Assembly (NCBI GenBank): GCA_043816965.1
Contig: JBDRHK010000015.1
Coordinates: 1 to 64,000, forward strand
Origin: Candidatus Iainarchaeum sp.
Lineage (GTDB): Archaea > Iainarchaeota > Iainarchaeia > Iainarchaeales > JAFCCJ01
Direction: 5' to 3'
DNA: 64,000 nt
Part shown: one piece after another, positions 52,671 through 62,060 of the stretch
Layout of the letters: each line of letters begins with the position of its first letter
How positions within the stretch are numbered: the stretch's first letter is position 1
The notes under the pieces: generated by a model
Seen by the model: the letters and a program-made list of their open reading frames with translations, nothing else
Database searches by the model: none
What the model was told of the DNA's origin: nothing
Made by a program: the position numbers and the translations under genes

Positions 52671-53483
52671 CTATGCTTCAATTTCAACTTCAATTTCCTC
52701 TTCACCAATTCCTGTTTCGAGTTCCGAGTGATTAACGATATATTCCTGAACCCTGCCGCTTATTTCTTTTCTTTTGAGATAGGCGCCCCCAAAGACTATC
52801 AGCAAAAACAAACCGGAAAGGACTAGCAAGTTATAATCCGAAATAATTTCGAGGACAATTCCGCTGATTAGGCTAAACAGGTCAAGCCCTTCGGGAACAA
52901 TCGGCTTAGGTACCCTGTATTCGATATTGATGATTGTCCTGTTTGTGCCGTGCAGCTCAACATTGTTAGGCCCAAAAAGCGTTGCCTCCGGCGGGAGAAG
53001 GTCAGCGGAAATCTCTGCCTCAAAAGGCAAGATAAATTGTATTTTGGTTTCATCCGGTATAGAAATCAGCCCGCCGCTTATGAAATTCTGAAACACATCC
53101 TCCCTGAATTTCCAGTCTGTTTCCCTTAAAGTATCTGATTCAATAACCGCAATCCCGTCCAGCCCATACTCAAAAGTAACTGAGTTTTCACCATAACTTA
53201 TGCTCACATCATGGATTCTATTTTCCCCCTGTATTTCGCCAAAGTGCGGGCCAAACCAGGAGAAATCAGCCCTCCACGCATCAATGCTTGATGTGTTTTC
53301 ACTCGCGGTTTGGGCAAAGATATCCCTTTCCCCGGCGAAAAAACTGAGCTCATATTTTTCAGTTATTTTCGCATTGCCCTCATCGTCAACCTCAACCGTA
53401 ATAATATTCTCCCTTACACTGAGAGAATTTACCACGGGAACAATAAGGCAGAATAACAGGGCCAGTGCAATAAATTTCTTCAT
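52671..53483 (-). CDS. Hypothetical secreted protein with C-terminal membrane anchor
   Basis: Signal peptide and C-terminal TM. Confidence 0.6.
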   Translation of the reverse strand: MKKFIALALLFCLIVPVVNSLSVRENIITVEVDDEGNAKITEKYELSFFAGERDIFAQTASENTSSIDAWRADFSWFGPHFGEIQGENRIHDVSISYGENSVTFEYGLDGIAVIESDTLRETDWKFREDVFQNFISGGLISIPDETKIQFILPFEAEISADLLPPEATLFGPNNVELHGTNRTIINIEYRVPKPIVPEGLDLFSLISGIVLEIISDYNLLVLSGLFLLIVFGGAYLKRKEISGRVQEYIVNHSELETGIGEEEIEVEIEA

Positions 53484-53669
53484 AGTATTATAAGTGCTTT
53501 AATTGATTATAAATTTATTCATTTTATGAGTGCCGAAAAATATCCTGAAAAAATAAAAATTGCGGAAAGTATCCCAATTAATTTTATTTAGTTAATGAAT
53601 TTCATTTTTTTCCCTTAAAACATTGATTTAAATTCCCCCCAGATTTATCTATTATAGTTCTATGGTGTT

Positions 53670-54359
53670 TTGATGAAGATTCAGTACCTTGCCCACTCGT
53701 TTTTCAAGTTTTCATTCAAAGGGCTGAATGTTTTGGTTGACCCTTTCATCAATCACAACTCGAAAGATGCGAAGTACAAATCACTCATCGAATGCCCTGT
53801 TTGTGAGGATGATCTTAATGACATAAGCCTTATTCTAGTCACCCATGAGCATTTCGACCACTGCGACAGGCAGGCAATTGAGTGCATTGCGAAAAGGGAC
53901 TCAGCCTGTGTTGTTGCCCATGAAAGTGTCATGAGGAATCTGGATATTCCCGATACGCTGAAAAAGCCGGTTTCAATAGGCGAGAATATAAATTTTAAGG
54001 GCGCGGCTGTAAAGGCATTTCCTGCCCATCATCCAAGTTCATTTTATCCAATGTCATTTCTCCTAACCTGTGATAATCTTTCACTTTTCCATGCAGGGGA
54101 CACTGACATACTTGATGCCTTCAATAGCATCACTCCTGATATTGCCCTCCTCCCAATAGGCGGGAATATGACAATGGACCTGATTGATGCCGTAAAGGTA
54201 ACCAAAACAATGAAGCCAAGAGCAGCGATACCAATGCACTACAACACATTTGATTTCATAATGGCCGATCCAAGTGAATTCAGCTACAGGATTAATAAGA
54301 GCATATTGAAAACAAAGCCCATTATCCTTGAACCAGGCAAATCATTTTCCCTTGAATAA
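53670..54359 (+). CDS. Metallo-beta-lactamase-fold hydrolase (UPF0173-like)
   Basis: VDPFI, THEHFDH, HAGDT, LPIGG..TM, IPMHYNTF. Confidence 0.9.
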   Translation: MMKIQYLAHSFFKFSFKGLNVLVDPFINHNSKDAKYKSLIECPVCEDDLNDISLILVTHEHFDHCDRQAIECIAKRDSACVVAHESVMRNLDIPDTLKKPVSIGENINFKGAAVKAFPAHHPSSFYPMSFLLTCDNLSLFHAGDTDILDAFNSITPDIALLPIGGNMTMDLIDAVKVTKTMKPRAAIPMHYNTFDFIMADPSEFSYRINKSILKTKPIILEPGKSFSLE

Positions 54360-55061
54360 TTCTTCCGCACTTTTCAGGTCTTCCTTATCGCCAATATCTG
54401 CACAGAGCCCATCATAAATTTTAACCATTACTTTCCCTTCTTTGGCGAGGGCATTAATGGCGTCAACAATTTCATACTCCCTGCGCTTGCTCATCTTGAC
54501 TTTTTCTATCTTCTTGAAAATCTTTTCATTGAAGCGGTAAATGCCTGCATTAATTATTTTGGAACTGATACTCCCGAATTCCGGCTTCTCCACAATTTTT
54601 TCCAGCCTCTCTCCCGATAATTCCATAACCCCATATCTCCAGGGGTCATCAACCTCCCTTCCCACAACAACCGCATCAGATGTATCGAATTCATCCTTGT
54701 GGGCAAGGCCCGTTATCAGTTCCTTTTCAACAACAACATCTCCATTCATTACAAGAAAATCGCCCTCACCTATAAACTCCTTTGCAAGCCCGATTGCATG
54801 GGCAGTCCCCAGCTGTTTTTCCTGCCAGAGATAGTTGATGGGAACTCCCCTATAACTTCCCTTGAAATAGTTCTCAACATTTTCCTTCAAATAACCGACA
54901 ACAATCTCAATCTCCCCAATCCCTGCATCCACCAATGAATCAAGAATCCTCTCAAGAATCGGCCTGCCGCCCAACTTAACCATGACTTTTGGGATTCCAT
55001 TTGTAAGGGGCCTTAACCGCACTCCCTTTCCTGCCCCAAGAACAACAGATTTCATCATCAC
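54342..55061 (-). CDS. Sugar-phosphate nucleotidyltransferase
   Basis: AGKG.RLRPLT...PK, QLGTAHA, NGD, EKP, NAGIY. Confidence 0.9.
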   Translation of the reverse strand: MMMKSVVLGAGKGVRLRPLTNGIPKVMVKLGGRPILERILDSLVDAGIGEIEIVVGYLKENVENYFKGSYRGVPINYLWQEKQLGTAHAIGLAKEFIGEGDFLVMNGDVVVEKELITGLAHKDEFDTSDAVVVGREVDDPWRYGVMELSGERLEKIVEKPEFGSISSKIINAGIYRFNEKIFKKIEKVKMSKRREYEIVDAINALAKEGKVMVKIYDGLCADIGDKEDLKSAEELFKGK

Positions 55062-55063
55062 AC

Positions 55064-55975
55064 CTATAATTCAATCTCCATAAGGTCCTTGGCAGCATAG
55101 CTTTGGGCAAAAACCATCCTTGCCTCATTTTCCATTTTTTCGGTTTCCTTATGCCTTGGGGAAATATGGGTCAGGTATAATTTTCCGGCCCCTGCCCTTT
55201 CAGCGAGCCTTGCAACATCCTTAACCATGGAGTGTTTTGTTTCAACAGCACGGGATTTCATCTTTTCGGTGAATGATGATTCATGAATTAAAATATCTGC
55301 CCCGCTAATTTCCTCAAGGTAACTCTCACTCACAACAGTGTCCATCACAACCGCAATCATTTTACCCTTTCTCCCTTTCGAGTAATCCATCACCTGCTCA
55401 GGCTTGAATCTTTTATTGCCGACTTTAACACTCTCTCCCTTTTGCAGTTTGCTCCAAAGAGGCCCCTCAGGAATTTCCAGTTTAAGTGCCGTTTCCCTTG
55501 AAAACTTTCCGGCCTTTCCCTCCTCCCTGAAAACATATCCCCTTGTCGGCACCTCATGCTTCAGTGGAAAGCTGCTTACCTCAAAACCATTGCCATTCAG
55601 GATTACGCCGTTTTTTGCCTCAACACATTTAATCTCGAAATTCGGTTTCAGCCCGATAAGATTAATGCTCTTTTCCACGAATTCCTTTACTCCCTTTGGG
55701 CCATATACCTTGACCGGATAATCCCTCCCATGCAAAGCCATTGTGGCAAACAATCCTGGAAGGCCCAAAACATGGTCTGCATGGAAATGGGAAAGGAAAA
55801 TATTCTGGATTTTCATATAGCTGACCTTTGCCCTAATCATCTGCCTTTGCGTTCCCTCAGCACAGTCAAAAAGGAACCACTCACCATTGAACCTGAGGGC
55901 TATAGAACTCAGGTTTCTGTCCTTCGTGGGGTTGCTGCACCCTGTCCCTAAAAAAATGATTTTCATTTTCTCCAT
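55064..55975 (-). CDS. rnz: Ribonuclease Z
   Basis: DCAEGTQRQ, SHFHADH.LG, exosite GP.W..LQ, LTHISPR. Confidence 0.95.
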   Translation of the reverse strand: MEKMKIIFLGTGCSNPTKDRNLSSIALRFNGEWFLFDCAEGTQRQMIRAKVSYMKIQNIFLSHFHADHVLGLPGLFATMALHGRDYPVKVYGPKGVKEFVEKSINLIGLKPNFEIKCVEAKNGVILNGNGFEVSSFPLKHEVPTRGYVFREEGKAGKFSRETALKLEIPEGPLWSKLQKGESVKVGNKRFKPEQVMDYSKGRKGKMIAVVMDTVVSESYLEEISGADILIHESSFTEKMKSRAVETKHSMVKDVARLAERAGAGKLYLTHISPRHKETEKMENEARMVFAQSYAAKDLMEIEL

Positions 55976-56078
55976 TAGGAATTACTTGCCTGAAAAGATT
56001 TAATAAAGAAATCATGCCTTACTGGAACGATTAACCGCAACATTAGGTTAATTAATTTGTTTATTTACTATTCTAACT

Positions 56079-57101
56079 ATGGCTGAGAAATCCAAATACC
56101 CGGATACCAATAAGATAGAGGTTCCCCGCAAGCTTATTGACCAGGTTATCGGGCAGGAATCTTCAGTGGAGCTTATCCGGAAAGCCGCCGCGCAAAAAAG
56201 AAATGTATTGCTTGTAGGCCTCCCAGGAACTGGAAAATCAATGCTTGCCCAGGCAATGTCTGAAATTCTGCCGATTCAGCGTTTGGTGGATGTCCTAATT
56301 TACCCCAATTCCGAGGATGCCAATACCCCGAAAGTGAGGGTTATGAGGGCAGGAGAGGGGCAGAAAGTTCTCCAACGGGCAAGGCTGGATGCAAAGGGCC
56401 AGGAAGACAATATTAGGCTGATGGGCCTGCTTCTCCCTTTGGGCTGGTTTATAATAACCTGGCTGATGTATGCTGTTTTTGGCTTAATGCATGTGAATGT
56501 TTATGCCGCAAGCCTTATTTTGGGCGGATTCCTTATAGTCGCACTTGCATTAGGGAGCCAGATGAAAATAAGGCAGGGAACAACAATCCCAAAACTCCTA
56601 ATTAACAATGCCGGAAAAAAGATTGCCCCTTTTATTGAGGCAACTGGTGCAAGGGCAGGTGCATTGCTAGGGGATGTAAGGCATGACCCGCTGCAATGTT
56701 TTTACGGCTTTAACGTGCTTTATTTACAAAAAGAAGATCAAAATGGATCTGAATTTGTAGAAAAACCATTTTTAGAGCTTTGGGAAGAAATGTACGAAAA
56801 GTATGGCAAAGAAGTTATACGAAACAGTAAAGGATACGAAGCAATAATGATTCCGCCTGAGGAAAAGATTTATACTTTGGGGCATAAAGATGGCAAGGTC
56901 ATTTTATCAAGAATACTTTCCCTTAACAGACAGCCTTTTGAGGGAGAGCTTGTTGAATTAAAAGTTGGAGATAAGACAGTTTCATTGACGCCAGAGCATA
57001 AAGTAGATACTGCAAAAGGCGACAAAGAGGCAGGTCAGATTTCTGAAAGAGACGGTTTGATTAAACTGGTTAAGGTTGAACTTGCCAAGATTCTCAGTTA
57101 G
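56079..57101 (+). CDS. lonB: LonB N-terminal part fused to split-intein N fragment
   Basis: LIDQVIGQ, GLPGTGKS, two TMs, GALLGDVRHDPLQ|CFYG...; stop after 134 intein residues. Confidence 0.93.
   Translation: MAEKSKYPDTNKIEVPRKLIDQVIGQESSVELIRKAAAQKRNVLLVGLPGTGKSMLAQAMSEILPIQRLVDVLIYPNSEDANTPKVRVMRAGEGQKVLQRARLDAKGQEDNIRLMGLLLPLGWFIITWLMYAVFGLMHVNVYAASLILGGFLIVALALGSQMKIRQGTTIPKLLINNAGKKIAPFIEATGARAGALLGDVRHDPLQCFYGFNVLYLQKEDQNGSEFVEKPFLELWEEMYEKYGKEVIRNSKGYEAIMIPPEEKIYTLGHKDGKVILSRILSLNRQPFEGELVELKVGDKTVSLTPEHKVDTAKGDKEAGQISERDGLIKLVKVELAKILS
56697..57098 (+). mobile_element. Split intein N fragment (134 aa)
   Basis: Cys1 directly after DPLQ; block B LTPEH (TxxH). Confidence 0.9.
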
Positions 57102-57154
57102 AGATATGCCCTATCTTGTTGATAAGGGGCAGCCTCCAGAAAATTAACGTTCAA

Positions 57155-57640
57155 TTAGGCTTCAACAAATTGCCCTGTTTCTAGATTTCTTTTGCATTTG
57201 TCCCAAGTATAAACTCTGCCATTCATTGCAATGTAAACGCCGTTCTCAAGGACATTTATAAGGCCAATTGCCACCCCGATATTAAATGAGGCATCTGAAT
57301 TAGAGAATTTTTCTGGCCTCATAGCGCCTGTCAAAATTATAACTTTATTAATATCGCTTAGATTTTTGGCAGTTTCAATCATTGTATCTGTTCCATGGGT
57401 AATTATAATTTTATCAGCATCTGCCTTTTGGCAAGCAGCATATATTTTCTACCTGTCTTTTTCTGTAATGTCTAGGCTATCTTTTTTGAGAACTGAGATC
57501 ACTTCAAAATCAAAGCAGGGATTTACTTTTTGCAGTATTCTTGTTACGGCAGGTTCAGCGATTTCAAAGGCATACCCATTTGTCGTTCTTGGATAGTCTT
57601 TATCAATTGTTCCCCCAGTTTGAATGAAAAATATCTTCAT
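57155..57640 (-). pseudogene. Short asparaginase-domain gene with one in-frame TAG (57449-57451)
   Basis: TGGTIDK, HGTDTM, LTGAMRP, SDASFN all in one frame; DR*KIY. Confidence 0.85.
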
Positions 57641-57693
57641 AGTATAACCAAGCAATAAAATAGTTTAAATAACATAGGATTCAAAGTAGGCCG

Positions 57694-57882
57694 TATTTTT
57701 AAAAAATTCACCACCTCCAATAGAGAATTTTTTCTAAGGACTCTGATTTTCTCGGCTTAAACCTTTGCACGCCTGATTTCTACTTTTGGTGCAAAGGATT
57801 TAATGCCTCCAAAATCAGCAGAGACGTCCACGAAAAAATTCATTATTCTTGGAGGTGGTTTGATTGATGAATTTTCAAAATA
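57694..57882 (+). repeat. Long imperfect inverted repeat / fold-back hairpin, copy 2
   Basis: CCACCTCCAA/TTGGAGGTGG, GAATTTTTTC/GAAAAAATTC, CTGATTTT/AAAATCAG, CCTTTGCAC/GTGCAAAGG. Confidence 0.85.
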
Positions 57883-57998
57883 TTCAACTTCCCACAAGGG
57901 GAGAGATAAGGATGGCTGAAGAACTAGCCAGGTCAAATCCGGAGAACCTGACAGACAGGGAACTCTGGATTCTGAAAGAGACAGTGGGTGATTTCTAA
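57867..57998 (+). CDS. Conserved 43-aa small protein, copy 2
   Basis: MNFQNIQLPTRGEIRMAEELARSNPENLTDRELWILKETVGDF; RBS GGAGGTG at 57851. Confidence 0.7.
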   Translation: MNFQNIQLPTRGEIRMAEELARSNPENLTDRELWILKETVGDF

Positions 57999-58006
57999 TG
58001 CTTTTC

Positions 58007-58030
58007 CCGCATCGGAAGCCTACTCCCAAA
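58007..58030 (+). promoter_or_regulatory. 24-bp motif upstream of a LAGLIDADG gene, copy 3
   Basis: CCGCATCGGAAGCCTACTCCCAAA followed by TTTATAAG. Confidence 0.65.
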
Positions 58031-58075
58031 ATAGTTTATAAGAGTGAAAAACAGAATTTTAACAGAAGGGCTATA

Positions 58076-59074
58076 ATGTTGATCACTGAACAAGACATAA
58101 TTAATACTTATTCACAAGAGGAACAATGCTCTTGTAGAAAATATGTTGAATACAAGGAACTAATGCGAGAGAATCCTTCTTTTGGTTATAAGCGTTGTGC
58201 AAAACTATTAGGCGTTTCTCAGGGCAGAGTAAGGTGGTGGCATACCAAAGGGGCAAAGAGAGCAGTTCCATTAGCCCTGAAGGCGGTTGAGAAACTTAAG
58301 AACGTTGGCATAATTCCATTTACTGAAGAGCACAAACACGCCAACGTAATTCTCAATATTTTAGGGACCCTTTTTGGAGATGGCGGAATTGACAGAAGGC
58401 TCAATACAGCGGCGTTCATCTCCTCAGACAAAAAGGATGTTGATTTATGGAAGAAAGATTTGCTCGAGGCATTTCCCTTTGCAAAAAACAAAATGAATCT
58501 TGTAGAAGGGGGAGAGTGGGGGCATTCATATAACATTAGGACTTTTGATAGGAGTATTATAAGATTCTTTGTTGCATTAGGAGCGCCAGTTGGGGATAAG
58601 GTTGCTATAAAATACAGTTTGCCAAACTACATTTTCAACGTATCCTACGAACATAGGATTGCATTTTTGGATGGTATGTTAGCATCAGAGGTCTCAGTTC
58701 CGAGATTTAGGGACGATTCTTACCAGAACAAGAGATTCACAGATTTCAGTTTAAGTTTATCAAAAATTGATACATTACAAGACGAGCATAGGCTTTTTAT
58801 GAGGAGTTTTGAAGATTTATTAAATTCTGTTGAAGTGGCCACAACAGGTAATCTGAGAAAAGATTTTCATCTAAAAAGAAAAAGAAAGGACGGTCATTTA
58901 AGTTCGCCTTACAGGATTTTCATTAGAACAATTTTTTGGAGAGTTTTATATTTCAACAATTTATTTCCTTTAAGGTACTGTCATGGCAAGAAAAAACGTC
59001 TGCAAAAAGAAATTGAATTTGCAGTAAACTACAAGCAGAAATCTGTTAAACGGGGATTGGAGAAATGCCTATGA
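58076..59074 (+). CDS. Free-standing LAGLIDADG homing endonuclease with N-terminal HTH
   Basis: GYKRCAKLLGVS HTH; ILGTLFGDG and FLDGMLASE; probable start MLITEQD. Confidence 0.88.
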   Translation: MLITEQDIINTYSQEEQCSCRKYVEYKELMRENPSFGYKRCAKLLGVSQGRVRWWHTKGAKRAVPLALKAVEKLKNVGIIPFTEEHKHANVILNILGTLFGDGGIDRRLNTAAFISSDKKDVDLWKKDLLEAFPFAKNKMNLVEGGEWGHSYNIRTFDRSIIRFFVALGAPVGDKVAIKYSLPNYIFNVSYEHRIAFLDGMLASEVSVPRFRDDSYQNKRFTDFSLSLSKIDTLQDEHRLFMRSFEDLLNSVEVATTGNLRKDFHLKRKRKDGHLSSPYRIFIRTIFWRVLYFNNLFPLRYCHGKKKRLQKEIEFAVNYKQKSVKRGLEKCL

Positions 59075-59184
59075 AATCTGTTTTAAAAATACTATTGGTG
59101 TTGGCTATACTTGCTGGTTTTATTTTTTTAGCATCCTATGTATTTGGTTTTATTAATATGCTTGTTTTTTCTACAATTTTCTAA
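59071..59184 (+). CDS. Small hydrophobic protein, 37 aa
   Basis: MKSVLKILLVLAILAGFIFLASYVFGFINMLVFSTIF; ATGA overlap with endonuclease stop; GGAG upstream. Confidence 0.45.
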   Translation: MKSVLKILLVLAILAGFIFLASYVFGFINMLVFSTIF

Positions 59185-59273
59185 CTGCGGCAAATCGAGT
59201 TGTAGAAATGTAATTTTATTGTGATATCCTTGCAATGCAAGATATTTAATAATATTGTAATTATTATCTATTT

Positions 59274-59396
59274 ATGGAACATAAATCAAAAACAGAGAGG
59301 GTTTCTTCAGTATCTAAGCGGCCTTTTAGGGGTCATGTCTATAATGTTACAACTGAAACAGGCAACCTCTTTGTTGAGGATGTTCTGGTTCACAAT
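59274..59396 (+). mobile_element. Split intein C fragment (41 aa)
   Basis: Block F VYNVTT..GN and block G VLVHN|S. Confidence 0.92.
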
Positions 59397-60695
59397 TCGG
59401 GCGGGTTGGGAACACCCCCTCACTTGCGTGTTGAGCCAGGAATGGTCCACAGGGTTAATGGAGGGGTTCTCTTTTTGGATGAGATTTCCACTCTCTCCCC
59501 AAAATCCCAGCAGGAATTGCTTACAGCAATGCAGGAAAAGAAATTCTCAATTACGGGCCAAAGCGAGATGAGTTCAGGTGCAATGACAAGGACAGAGCCG
59601 GTTCCATGCGATTTTGTCCTTATTGCCGCAGGGAATTACAATGATTTGAGAAAAGTTCATCCTGCACTTAGGAGCAGGATAAGGGGCTATGGTTATGAGG
59701 TCTATATGAACCTTGAAATGGAAGACAATGAGGAGAACAGGAAAAAGATTGTGCAGTTTATTGCGCAGGAAGTAACAAAGGATGCCAAAATCCCGCATTT
59801 CTCGGCAGATGCAATTGAGTCAATTATTTTCGAGGCAAGGAGAAGGGCAGGAAGGAAAAATAAACTCACCCTTAAGTTAAGGGATTTAGGCGGGCTGGTC
59901 AGGGCCGCAGGAGACATTGCAAAGGAAAAAGGCCATGGCCTGGTTGACGCACAGGATGTTCTCGAGGCAAAGATGTCGGCAAGAACCCTGGAACAGCAGA
60001 TGGTTAACAAAATTATTGATGAAAAGAAGGATTATGATGTTTACCTTTTTGAGGGAAGTGCCATTGGGAGGGTTAACGGCCTTGCGGTTTCAGCAGACGG
60101 GGATGCGGGGCTCATCCTGCCCATAGAGGCAGAAGTTGCCCCTGCCCAGAGCAGTGCTGAAGGCAAGCTAATTGCAACCGGAAAGCTTGGGGAGATAGCA
60201 AAGGAAGCTGTGCAGAATGTCTCCGCAATAATAAAGAAATTGAGCGGAAAAGACATTGCCAGCCATGACCTCCATATTCAGTTCCTCCAAACCTACTCAG
60301 GTGTTGAGGGCGACAGCGCGTCAGTTAGTGTTGCAACAGCGGTGATTTCCGCGCTTGAGGGAATTCCTGTAAAGCAGAGCCTTGCAATGACCGGTTCTTT
60401 AAGTGTCAGGGGAGAGGTTCTGCCAGTGGGAGGTGTTACGGCGAAAGTTTCAGCTGCAATCTTTGCTGGATTTAAGGAAGTAATTGTCCCATATGCAAAT
60501 AAGGACGATATTATTCTTCACAAAGAACGCCTGGATAAAATAAAAGTAATTCCCGCAAAAAACCTTTCCGATGTCCTGGAAAATGCATTTGAAAAATCCC
60601 CTAAAAAGAAAAAGTTCATGACCTCCTTGAAAAAACTGCTTCACATCGAACTTTCAAATGTAGTGGAAAAAGTGATTCCCAAAACAGTGGCATGA
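59274..60695 (+). CDS. lonB: Split-intein C fragment fused to LonB C-terminal part
   Basis: [44 protein letters not shown]. Confidence 0.95.
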   Translation: MEHKSKTERVSSVSKRPFRGHVYNVTTETGNLFVEDVLVHNSGGLGTPPHLRVEPGMVHRVNGGVLFLDEISTLSPKSQQELLTAMQEKKFSITGQSEMSSGAMTRTEPVPCDFVLIAAGNYNDLRKVHPALRSRIRGYGYEVYMNLEMEDNEENRKKIVQFIAQEVTKDAKIPHFSADAIESIIFEARRRAGRKNKLTLKLRDLGGLVRAAGDIAKEKGHGLVDAQDVLEAKMSARTLEQQMVNKIIDEKKDYDVYLFEGSAIGRVNGLAVSADGDAGLILPIEAEVAPAQSSAEGKLIATGKLGEIAKEAVQNVSAIIKKLSGKDIASHDLHIQFLQTYSGVEGDSASVSVATAVISALEGIPVKQSLAMTGSLSVRGEVLPVGGVTAKVSAAIFAGFKEVIVPYANKDDIILHKERLDKIKVIPAKNLSDVLENAFEKSPKKKKFMTSLKKLLHIELSNVVEKVIPKTVA

Positions 60696-61958
60696 TTAAA
60701 CAATCTGAATTCTTCCGTCGCGGAAAATGAACTCTTTTTTATTAAGTTGGAAATCCTTTTTTGAGCCAAAGCCCTTTACGGCAATTGAATTTTTTGCCTT
60801 TTCAATTTCCCCCACCTTTCCAACCCATTTTCCATCTTTATTGTAAACAGGAAGGCCAATCATCAGTTTTGTGATTTTATCCCTGACCTCAAATACGCCG
60901 GATGCCCAGGTGACTATTAGCGCAACAACAAAGCTTGCAAAGGCGCTCAGGATAAACACATACAAATCTATGTTTTGTATAATAACATGCTTGCCTGCTT
61001 CAAGGACAAAAAGAATCAGAAGCACATAAATCCCGCTGAGGAAATATGTTCTTAAGTAGAACGCCTTCTTGAGGTGAATGGCGTCTATTGCCCTGCCAAT
61101 AAGAAAAACAATTATTGCAAGTGCGCCGAACTCCATAAGCCCGCCCAAACCATTGGCCGCATTATTAACCACATTATCCGTAACCCCTGCAGAATAGTAC
61201 TCGAATAACGCCGTTATAAATTTCGGGTATGCGGTAATGCCCCCGAAGACAAAAAGCAGAAGCACAACAACATATGCAAATACTGAGGTCCTTTGGAGGG
61301 AAAAACTCCTTGCGAAAGAGACCACAAATTTCTCAATTTTTTCCTCAAGCCCAAGCCCCCTCAGAATTGCGTAAAGGCCGACAATGGCTGCAATTATCAT
61401 GATAAAAAGTTCCTGCCTCCCTATCGCATAGAGGATTGCCCCAAAAAGAATTATTATCCCCGGGATGAGAAAGAAAATCCTCGCAAGTGCAGGGTCCTTT
61501 AAGGCGGCCTTTATTGTGTAATATGTGGATTCCACCTGCTTTGCCTGCTTTATTATCAGGATCTCTTTGGAAATTATCGGGAGCCTGCTTTGCAAAATCG
61601 GAATAACCTGGTCATCTTCCGCGCCATCAGTAACCAGGACAAAGCCATCGGCGGGAAAATTCTCCAACACCTTGTCAATCTGCTGATTAATCTTCTTGTC
61701 TGACTCATAATCTGTTTTACCATGCCCTGTAAGGGTCACAATTTCCGCAGCGGCAGAATGCTTCTTTACCTCGTCAAATTTCTTAACCGCGGCAAAAATG
61801 CTGTTTACATCACTATCGGAAGGGTCCTTTATCGCGAGTTTTGCGGCGGCATTAATGTTTGCCTTTCTCCCCAATATCGGGCCGGTAATTCCTGCCTTTA
61901 TCCCGAGGTCGTTGTCCCTATCAACACATACTACGAGAATATTGTTCAGTTCAGCCAT
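60696..61958 (-). CDS. DUF373-family membrane protein with PRC-barrel-like tail
   Basis: LVVCVDRDND.G.K, DSD.N, VTDGAED, IKQ...VESTYY. Confidence 0.8.
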   Translation of the reverse strand: MAELNNILVVCVDRDNDLGIKAGITGPILGRKANINAAAKLAIKDPSDSDVNSIFAAVKKFDEVKKHSAAAEIVTLTGHGKTDYESDKKINQQIDKVLENFPADGFVLVTDGAEDDQVIPILQSRLPIISKEILIIKQAKQVESTYYTIKAALKDPALARIFFLIPGIIILFGAILYAIGRQELFIMIIAAIVGLYAILRGLGLEEKIEKFVVSFARSFSLQRTSVFAYVVVLLLFVFGGITAYPKFITALFEYYSAGVTDNVVNNAANGLGGLMEFGALAIIVFLIGRAIDAIHLKKAFYLRTYFLSGIYVLLILFVLEAGKHVIIQNIDLYVFILSAFASFVVALIVTWASGVFEVRDKITKLMIGLPVYNKDGKWVGKVGEIEKAKNSIAVKGFGSKKDFQLNKKEFIFRDGRIQIV

Positions 61959-62060
61959 TGCAAACAACCCTTAGTAAGTTATTTATATTATTGTTAGCAT
62001 CTAATATAAGTATATTACGGCTATACAAACAATAAAAAAATGCCTTTTTGGGGCCTGAAA

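Noticed and set aside
21330..57640. Alternative genetic code suggested by two in-frame stops
   Set aside because: The stops differ (TGA, TAG) and both codons terminate conserved genes normally in this window
57757..58029. 90-aa minus-strand ORF, and the 60-aa ORF at 1037-1219
   Set aside because: They overlap the hairpins, lie in opposite orientation relative to the repeat and are not homologous; likely spurious
57102..59273. Self-splicing intron explaining the lon interruption
   Set aside because: No group I/II core or clear bulge-helix-bulge seen; both halves have a proper stop or start and intein termini
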